A program made the position numbers and the translations under genes. A DNA stretch of 20,492 nt from Octopus sinensis (lineage: Eukaryota): the NCBI RefSeq assembly GCF_006345805.1, contig NW_021823977.1:1-20492 (forward strand), written 5' to 3'. Shown here one piece after another: positions 10,198 to 18,280 of the stretch. Below the pieces are notes generated by a model that was not told where the DNA came from, searched no databases, and was given only the letters and a program-made list of their open reading frames with translations. Every line of letters begins with the position of its first letter. The stretch's first letter is position 1.

Positions 10198-10240
<43 letters not shown>
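9842..10240. repeat. (TC)n/(TCAC) polypyrimidine tract
   Basis: Direct reading. The CACACTCACTCTTTCTCTCA unit recurs at 10131 and 10181. Confidence 0.92.
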
Positions 10241-10243
<3 letters not shown>

Positions 10244-10281
10244 TTTTCATTTCTGCTACTCTGCCATCATCGACCATTTTT

Positions 10282-10308
10282 GAAGAAGAAGAAGAAGAAG
10301 AAGAAGAA
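10282..10308. repeat. (GAA)9 microsatellite
   Basis: Direct reading. Confidence 0.97.
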
Positions 10309-10950
10309 CACTGTAGACTATGTGATAACAGTATTGTAACCGTCGACCACATTGCGGCTGGGTGTTCTAAACTCATAATAACCGAGTACAAAACCAAATA
10401 TGACAGAATACTGGAACACTGGAACATCTGTCGTTATTCTGACATTCGGTTTCATAAACACTGGTATGAACACCATCGAAACTAGTCACAGAGGATAATA
10501 AAGCTACTATTCTATTGGACTTTACCATCCATACTGTCAGACAGGTAAATTTCGATGGACCAGATATTGTTATCAGAGACCATCGATAAAATGCCTTCTG
10601 TCAAATAGATATGACAGTACCAGTTCATGGAAATATCTCAAAGAATTCGAAAACTTAGCTAAATACAAGGACCTAGAGATAGAAATCAGTCGAATGGGAA
10701 AACTAGAAACTATTTCTCTATGGGAAGTAATAGGTGAACAAGGCTTGATTAAAAAAAGGCCTTCAATCTTCAGTTATAAGACGCCTGGAAAATCAAATAC
10801 ACATGATGCCCAAAAGATTATGCTAATCTCAACAGCCCATCTCGTGAGGATATTCTTATCGTTATAACATAGTTACTGGCCTTAGATCTCAGATAGAGAT
10901 TCGGCTAGAGCTAAAATGCACCTAAAACAAGTTAAAATATAAAATATATT
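10309..10950 (+). mobile_element. Old 5'-truncated R4/Dong-clade LINE (subfamily B): zinc knuckle, RLE and 3' UTR
   Basis: Encodes CRLCDNSIVTVDHIAAGC (CCHC), HWNICRY..HKHWYEH, LLDFTIHT..GPDIVIRDH..QIDMTVP..AKYKDLEIEISRM and STAHLVRIFLSL* (stop 10865-10867). It has several frameshifts and ends in ATTAATAAT. Confidence 0.88.
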
Positions 10951-11111
10951 AATAATGTTAGACATAATGCCTGAAATTTGTGGAGAGGTGGGGTAATCGA
11001 TTACATCTATCACAGCGCTCAACTGGTACTTATTTCATCGACCGCAAAAAGAAAAGGAACAAAGTCAACCTCAGCGGAATTTGAACTCAGAACACAGAGA
11101 CAGATAAAATA
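10950..11111 (-). mobile_element. tRNA-derived SINE (family 3), 5'-truncated
   Basis: The reverse complement GTTCTGAGTTCAAATTCCGCTGAGGTTGACTTTG...GTCGATGAAATAAGTACCAGTTGAGC...TCGATTACCCCACCTCTCCACAAATTTCAGGC matches the copies at 16834 and 20223 in this window. Confidence 0.85.
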
Positions 11112-11389
11112 TGTGAAAGAAGATAACAAACAAGGCAAAATAACAAATAAGAAACAAGTGAAGGATTTACATGGAGTAAAAGAATAAGATTAACAATTAT
11201 AATGAAGTTATATTAATCGCTAAGTAATAATGTATAGTAATAACAATATAACAGGAGAGGATCACCATCATAGAGCGGGTCAGTCACCCAGAATGAGGAC
11301 AACGCATGCATACGCACACACGGACAATTCCAGTTGGCTCTGATACCCCAAAAGTTACTATCTTCTTCCAGTTATTCTTACAAGCCTAT

Positions 11390-11392
11390 ACG

Positions 11393-11435
<43 letters not shown>

Positions 11436-11506
11436 GTGTGTGTGTATGTATGTATATATAATAATATATATATATATATATATATTATATCTATATATAA
11501 TATATA

Positions 11507-11560
<54 letters not shown>
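11390..11560. repeat. (CA)n then (TA)n microsatellite
   Basis: Direct reading. Confidence 0.95.
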
Positions 11561-11562
<2 letters not shown>

Positions 11563-11563
11563 T

Positions 11564-11958
11564 GGCGTAGCCGTGGATGTGGTAAGAAGCTTACTCCCTA
11601 ACTTCACGGTTCCGGGTTCGTCGCACCGCATGGCACCTTGGATAGGGTCTTCCGCCATAGCCTCGGGTCGACCAAAGACTTATGAGTGGATTTGGCAGAC
11701 GGAAACTGAAAGAAGCCTGTCGTATATATATATATATGTATGTATGTGTATGTGTGTATGTGTTTGTCCCCCACCTTCGCTTGACAACCAGTGTTGGTGT
11801 GTTCACGTTCCAATAACTTAGCAGTTAGGCATCAGAGAGGGATAAAACAAGTACTAGGCTTACAAAGAATAAGTCCTGGGGTCGATTTGTTTGACTAAAG
11901 GTGGTGCTCCAGCATAGCCGCAGTCAAATTACTAAAACAAGTAAAAGAATAAAAGAAT
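11564..11958 (+). mobile_element. tRNA-derived CORE-like SINE (family 2; resembles octopus OR-type SINEs)
   Basis: Has the head GGCGTAGCCGTGGATGTGGTAAG (A-box-like), GGGTTCG (B-box-like, 11614-11620) and the CORE-like GGCACCTTGGATAGGGTCTTC...GAGTGGATTTGGCAGACGGAAACTGAAAGAAGCC. An internal (TA)/(TG) repeat follows, and it ends in an AGTAAAAGAATAAAAGAAT tail. Confidence 0.88.
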
Positions 11959-12057
11959 ATATACATATATATAAAACAAGGAAATGCACACAGTTTACAT
12001 AGCTTTAATATATATATATATATATTTAATATATTTTGTAAATGAAAGAGTATTGTT

Positions 12058-12092
12058 TTTGTCGACCGGTTTCGCTCCTGCTAATCATGATA
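12058..12092 (-). ncRNA. Decayed minimal hammerhead remnant
   Basis: The minus strand reads ATGATTA-GCAGGAGC-GAAAC-CG-GTC-GAC. GAAA, the palindromic ACCGGT stem III and the GUC triplet are intact, but the CUGANGA core is broken. Confidence 0.3.
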
Positions 12093-12304
12093 TTGAAATT
12101 ATTGTAATTTCGTATTTTCTTAAGAAGATTTTAGTTCACGTTGTGTATGTGGGTTTGTGAAAGAAATGAATCAACAGGTAGAAAAATCTAAGGGAAGGTG
12201 ATTGGTGATTTTTATTATTCGGTACAGGGGAAGTTATTTTTATTTTTTACATTACATCTCACCACGTGTGGATAATCGAAATTGTCATCCTCCTTTTTTT
12301 TTTA

Positions 12305-12342
<38 letters not shown>

Positions 12343-12549
12343 ATACTATAATACTTTTGCCAGTCTTATCCACGAAATTTTACAAAAGAATAGACCTCTA
12401 CAGCTAAAATCATTCTCTTTAAGAAATACGAAAAGTTGCAAAAGTTTGTCCGGAGATGAAAATTCCTATCTTAAATTTTTCAGTCGCGTTCTCTATAACA
12501 ACTTCTTACTTCATAACTACTAGATGTAGAAGAACTACCCACATCTACT

Positions 12550-13405
12550 ACTAAAGGAAGGCTTCGAGCCATTCTTCAAACGTGAGTCAACTGACAAGTG
12601 AATCTGTATTTCATGTGGTCCCAGTTGTTCTGCATAATCCAGTAAGTCAATATTGCACGAGTATTCAAGTGGATTTCGTCATTCTGTACATTATTACTAC
12701 AAGAACACGAACATGCCAGCTCATTATATCCTGAACAGTTCAACTCAGTTGAACCAATGATTTGAAATTGGTCCATAATCCCAAAATTGTTTGCACTTCC
12801 CTGAACGCACCGCCTCTCATAAGTGTTAAACCTCTTGCTATCATCTTTGCTCAAATCTTAAACTCTAATCAGCAGAACTGAGAGCCAGAAATTGTCAATT
12901 ACATCACTATTGTTAGCGTACTTTCTCGGTGGGATATAAAACCCAGGCTCATAAAACGGCTATTCTCCCGGTTTACCGAAAGTTGAAGTAAACTTCAGCC
13001 AAGAGGTTGCCGAAATTGTTTGACAAGTATTTGTAAAGACTGCCACATAGTCTTCCATATCACAGCTGCTATCATCAGCTTTTTGCCGAACCTCGTATCT
13101 TCTTTCGGGGATGTATTGTCTCCGATTCAAGTACAAGTAGAAAGCTGACTACATCAGCTTGAAATCATGTAGCACGTGTTACCTCATTTCATCAAAGATT
13201 CAATTGTGACTTTCTGTTTGCGTTATACATCCACCACATAGGTACATCGAACAACCTTTGTTCCCTTATTCTGCCAGTATAATGCCTTTACTAACAGCCT
13301 CCTCTAACCTGCTCATTTTTCTGTCTTTCGCTAGTTCTTTGCTAAGCTCTTGATTTTGTACAAATCGCCGCCTTTCGAATGTACCATCACAGTTCTCACT
13401 GTCCA
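12550..13405 (-). mobile_element. Old, heavily mutated Tx1/L1-clade ORF2 relic (post-endonuclease tether plus RT domains 1-5)
   Basis: Across frameshifts the minus strand gives STSLLDSE, SKELAKDRK..RLEEAVSKG, LYKYLSNNFGNLLAEVYFNF..TGRI, DVIDNFWLSVLL and EFKI*AKMIARGL..GG..EVQT. These are colinear with the 4151-6280 element's LPYELY..., FRPITLLNA and KVLSKRL blocks. There are many stops. Confidence 0.6.
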
Positions 13406-14789
13406 ACAGGGAAGTTGATGGAATTTGCGTTTGAGTGTTTGGATTGGCTCATTTTTCTTTTCTTCTTTTTTTCTTTTGCTATGCTTATGGGTTTACCTGT
13501 TGTTGTTATATCTGAGGGTTTGTCTATTTTTATCAAGTTTCTGATTCTGTAGTTTATTTCTTAATATTGTTTTGGTGGCTGAAGGGATGGCTAGCTTGCG
13601 GGCTTTTTGATGTCGACATTTTATAGATGTGCTATGATGTTTTGTTATGATCCTCTTGGTCCTCCAATAACAGTTTGCTATGCTTCAATCTGCTTCTCTT
13701 TCTCCTTGTCGTCCGATGTGAAAAATAGAGGGGAGGGTGAAGGCTGGTTGATGCATGCGTGAGCACTTGCGCCATTTGTTTTAGTGTTGGTGTTCGTTTT
13801 TGTTGGTATTGTTACTGGTGAAGGTGATACCCTGCTTTTCGACAAATAATACCAGGAAATACTTCTCCCTAAAACTAACGAAGTGAGTATTGATAGTCAT
13901 TTTCTTTGCTGTTATTGCTAATGTTTTCGTTGTTGTTTTGTTGTTGCGGTGGTGGGGTTGATGTTGCTGTTACTGCGACCACAACGATTTCTCTATCAAA
14001 ATATCCTGTAAACAGTCTTTGATCAACAAATTTCTTCAAATATCACAACTTACGTTAGTGTTTGCACATCAACAGTTAGGGAATTACTAATCTACCACGC
14101 AGAGAGTACTAACAGTACTGACAGTACTGATGTGATCAGTGGAACGTATCCCTTCCACAGGCTGGACTACAGACACTCTAGCCTGAGCAGAATGTATTTG
14201 GAGTATGGCACGACGGTCAAGCAGTAAACTATAGCAGATATGTTTGCTACGTCCACCTGACCTTTTCGAGACAGCTGTGTACACTAGCTCTGAGAACAGC
14301 CATGTCTGTCGGAGAAAACAAAATGGAAATTTTGAAAACATATTTTACCAAAATGTCTTCCCCACTCCCACAAAATAGTCTTATTCTGTTTATAAATGAG
14401 TGTGGCAGCTTTTCTTTGGAGGCAGGAAGAAAGCCGGCGTCATTTTGGAAATTCACAGCGTGGCAGCATTGAGAAGAAACATTTTCTTTTTCACATAAAA
14501 CTGTTATCTCTCAGCAATTTTGTCGACAGGTGCGTGAATGTGGCAGGAATGGTACGAGTGAACAGGCTCATTCGAAACATACACCTATAGACAACAAAGA
14601 GAAGGCACTTACCCTAGTTGTTGGAACCTCCGTGGTTTCGAAGGTTTTTCACGAGCAGCCACGGTAAGTCACCGTTTTGGCGGGATTTCTCATTGTTAAA
14701 GTTTGTTTTATCGTTTTCACACGTTCTTATGTTTCTTTTATTGCTTCTTTTGGTGAACTTTAGTGGTTAATAAAGAAAACAGAAAACAG

Positions 14790-14790
<1 letters not shown>

Positions 14791-14869
<79 letters not shown>
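14791..14869. repeat. (TTA)n microsatellite (the TAA tail of the minus-strand Dong copy)
   Basis: Direct reading. Confidence 0.97.
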
Positions 14870-14871
<2 letters not shown>

Positions 14872-15068
14872 GTTTGAATTTTGCTTTGCATTTGTACAAG
14901 ATGGGTCCAAGTCTCACCCAGGGGCCCCAAGTGACAACAAGTTAGAATTTCAAGTTGGTTTTATGCCTAGGGTGTCAGTATATTACGTAGGATATGGGCA
15001 GTTCCAATGAGTACTATATTTTTGATTTCTGCCATTTTTGGATTTCCTGGTATCTGGGCTAGGTAGCA

Positions 15069-15070
<2 letters not shown>
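14870..15070 (-). mobile_element. R4/Dong-clade 3' end (subfamily C, copy 1), 5'-truncated with a ~95-bp 3'-UTR deletion
   Basis: Colinear with 15241-15540 (TGTTTGA..TTTGC..CATTTG.ACAAG...CTCACCCAG...GACAACAAG...ATGCCTAGGGTG and GTAGGATATG.GCAGTTCC.ATGAG). It lacks the block from TTTATTTTGG to AAAGAA. Confidence 0.88.
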
Positions 15071-15114
<44 letters not shown>

Positions 15115-15240
15115 TATTATTATTGTTGTTGTTGTTGTTGTTGTTATCATCGTTATTATTATTATTATTATTATCATTATTATTATTATTGTTATTATTA
15201 TTATTATTATTATTGTTATCATTATTATTATTATTATTAT
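15071..15240. repeat. (TTA)n/(TTG)n microsatellite spacer
   Basis: Direct reading. Confidence 0.97.
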
Positions 15241-15835
15241 TTGTTTGACTTTTGCCTTACATTTGCACAAGCTGGCTCCAAGACTCACCCAGAGACCTCA
15301 AGAGACAACAAGTTGGAAGTTCCTGTTGGTGTTATGCCTAGGGTGCCATTTATTTTGGTTTTGTACTTCGTGTTGTACTAGTGAATGCCTAAAAAAAATA
15401 TACGAAAATTGTTTGTTTTAAAACTTGAGATTACAAAGAAAGTATTTTGCGTAGGATATGAGCAGTTCCCATGAGCACTATCTTTTGAATTTCTGCCATT
15501 TGGGGGTTTCCTAGTATCTGAGTTAGATAGCAATCAGCTCCTTTTGCTAGCATTCCTACGGCATCTATGACAACAGTATTGTTTTAGTCTTCAGCTTCCA
15601 CATTTTGCTGATTTCTATTTCAAGATCTTTATACTTACTCGGTTTTTGGTAGGTCTTGACAGATACATTTATATCGATTGGGACAGTCATATCAATGAGG
15701 AGGCATGTTTTTGTCTGAAGTCTTTTACTATGATGTCTGGCCTATTTGCATCTATCGTTCTGTCAGTTTGAATGGTGAAGTTCCAGATGAGAGAGATGTG
15801 GTCATTTTCAAGCACTGGAGGTGGTTTGTGCTCCC
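15241..15835 (-). mobile_element. R4/Dong-clade LINE (subfamily C, copy 2), 5'-truncated: RLE domain plus 3' UTR
   Basis: The minus strand reads EHKPPPVLENDHISLIWNFTIQTDRTIDANRPDIIVK..QKTCLLIDMTVPIDINVSVKTYQKPSKYKDLEIEISKMWKL (PD..D..K endonuclease). (TAA)n lies on both sides. Confidence 0.92.
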
Positions 15836-15840
15836 TACAG

Positions 15841-15842
15841 TA

Positions 15843-15908
<66 letters not shown>

Positions 15909-16075
15909 ATTATTATTATTATTTTGTTATTGTATATTATTATGTATTATCATTATCATTATCATTATCATATCATAATACTCAATAATAATAACAACAA
16001 CAACACAACAACTACGATAATAATAATATTATAATAATAATAATAATAATATATTAATAATAATAATATAATAAT

Positions 16076-16106
<31 letters not shown>

Positions 16107-16250
16107 ATAATATAATAAAATAATAATATAAATAATAATAACAATAACAATATAATAATATTAACAATAATAACAAAAACAACAACAACAATAATAATAA
16201 TAATAATAACAACAACAACAACAACAATAATAATTAATAATAATAAATAA
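15841..16250. repeat. (TTA)n switching to (TAA)/(CAA)n at about 15965
   Basis: Direct reading. The orientation flips near CATATCATAATACTCAAT. Confidence 0.95.
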
Positions 16251-16794
16251 TGCAGTACCCGGCAGTGGCTCTCATGGCTTCTGATCTTAACTGATTGGAA
16301 GTGTTATCATGTACATTGTTTTGTCTTGGTATAAAAGATGGCTACAGCAAATATTCTGCTCAATACCACAGATTTGCTTGTCATTTGTTTGACCTTAACC
16401 AGTTGAGCATGTCCCTTAGTGGCTGACGATATTTGCATCTCTGATCACGAGCAGAAGTAGTGGGGGAGCATCATGCCATGTGTTGAGAGGGATTCTTTGG
16501 GGTTTGAATAGTTCACCTCTGGAAACATGGTGTTTCGTTCAACGTCCTTAAACAACCCTTATTCAGGGACCTTTTGAGCGGGATGGGTTACTCGATCTGA
16601 AGAAAATTCTAACTGGGCCCCACCTGCAAGGTCATGTGCTGTTTATCTTGATATGAGATCACCATGTCGCGCACATATGGTTGTGATGCATGTGCCTGGT
16701 GTACCTTTATCAGACGGGTAGTCATGATGGGTATATTGGGCTTCGTATATTTTACCCCAGTGTCACTTTGATGGCATGAACTGCTCTCTCACTC

Positions 16795-16795
<1 letters not shown>
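16251..16795 (+). mobile_element. ~545-bp non-coding interspersed element embedded in (TAA)n, copy 1
   Basis: Homologous (about 90% by manual alignment) to the reverse complement of 17074-17599. It has TAA repeats on both sides on its own strand, no pol III boxes and no long ORF. The strand is assigned from the (AAT)n tail. Confidence 0.8.
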
Positions 16796-16831
<36 letters not shown>

Positions 16832-16833
16832 GA

Positions 16834-17027
16834 GTGGCGAGGTGGCAGAATTGTTAACAGGCCGGGCCAAATATTTAGTAGCATTTCATCTGTCTTTAAG
16901 TTCTTAGCTCAAATTCTCTTTCATCCTTTCGGGAACGATTAAATAAGTACCAGTGGATCACTGGGGTCGATATAGTCGACAATCCTCCTCCCTCAAATTT
17001 CAGGCCTTGTTCCTATATTAAAAAAGA
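16834..17027 (+). mobile_element. tRNA-derived SINE (family 3) with (TTA)/(TTG) tail
   Basis: Reads TGGCGAGGTGGCAGAATTGTT (A-box-like)...CTCAAATTC..TTTCATCCTTTCGGG..AATAAGTACCAG..CTGGGGTCGAT...AAATTTCAGGCCTTG. It is homologous to 10950-11111 and 20223-20411. Confidence 0.85.
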
Positions 17028-17073
17028 TTATTATTGTTGTTGTTGTTGTTGTTGTTGTTGTTCTTTTTGTTAT

Positions 17074-17598
17074 TGAATGAGAGAGCAGTGCATGCCATCA
17101 AAGTGACACTGGGGTAAAATATACGAAGCCCAATATACCCACCATGACTACCCATCTGATAAAAGTACACCATGCACATGCATCAAATCAAATGTGCGCG
17201 ACATGGTGTTCTCATATCAAGATAAACAGCACATGACCTTGCAGGTGGGGCCCAGTTAGAATTTTCTTCTGGTCGAGTAGCCTATCCTATTCAAAAGGTC
17301 CCTGAATAAGGATTGTTTAAGGATGTTGAACGAACTACCTATGTTTCCAGAGGGGAATTATCCAAACCTCCAAGAATTCCTTTCAACACAGGGCTATGAT
17401 GCTCCCGAACTATTTCTGCTCGTGATCAGAGATGCACATATCGTCAGCCACTAAGGGACATGCTCAACTGGTTAAGGTCAAACAACTGACAAGCAAATCT
17501 GTGGTATTGAACAGAATATTTGCTTTAGCCCATCTTTTATACCAAGAAACAATGTACATGATAACACTTCCAATCAGTTAAGATCAGAAGCCATTAGA

Positions 17599-17599
<1 letters not shown>
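17074..17599 (-). mobile_element. ~525-bp non-coding TAA-embedded element, copy 2 (inverted; about 18 nt shorter at its 5' end)
   Basis: Reverse-complement match to 16270-16795. Confidence 0.8.
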
Positions 17600-17653
<54 letters not shown>

Positions 17654-17806
17654 TATTATATTATTATTATTATTATCATCACATCATTATTATTATCATT
17701 ATTATCATTATTATTATTATTATTATTATTATATTATTATTATATTATTATATTTTATTATTATTATTATTATTATCATCATCAGTTATTATTATCATTA
17801 ATATTA

Positions 17807-17839
<33 letters not shown>

Positions 17840-17975
17840 GATATTATTATTATTATATTATTATCATTATTATTAGTATTATTATTATTATTATATTATT
17901 ATTATTATTATTATTATTAGATTATTATTATTATTATTATTATTATCATCATCATTATTATTATCATTATTTATT

Positions 17976-18048
<73 letters not shown>

Positions 18049-18071
18049 TATTATTATTATTATTATTATCA

Positions 18072-18114
<43 letters not shown>

Positions 18115-18139
18115 TATATTATCATCATCATTATTATTA

Positions 18140-18194
<55 letters not shown>

Positions 18195-18211
18195 CATCAT
18201 CATTATTATTA

Positions 18212-18273
<62 letters not shown>

Positions 18274-18280
18274 TTATTAA
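17600..18280. repeat. Long (~680 bp) imperfect (TTA)/(TCA)n microsatellite
   Basis: Direct reading. Confidence 0.97.

Noticed and set aside
8466-10485. ORFs of 100-229 aa (LSLSLS, YIYIYI, CVCVCV, ERERER)
   Set aside because: Dinucleotide repeat artefacts. Only the last ~60 aa of 9796..10485 are meaningful, and they belong to the Dong remnant.
10460-10490. GAAAC-TA-GTC palindromic hammerhead half-motif
   Set aside because: There is no upstream CUGANGA, and it lies within Dong coding sequence (WYEHH...).
12576-13760. Single long frame with stops read through (alternative genetic code or hypermutation)
   Set aside because: All three stop types occur and the upstream part is not stop-depleted. 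The recognisable Tx1 motifs are spread over all three frames, consistent with ordinary decay.
16251-16330. HDV-like ribozyme at the 5' end of the TAA-embedded element
   Set aside because: A GG followed by a P4-like hairpin is present, but I could not build P1/P2/P3 or place a catalytic C in J4/2.
14791-18280. CRISPR-like repeat-spacer arrangement (TAA tracts separating unique segments)
   Set aside because: The repeats are variable-length microsatellites and the spacers are retroelement fragments. There are no cas genes and the context is eukaryotic.
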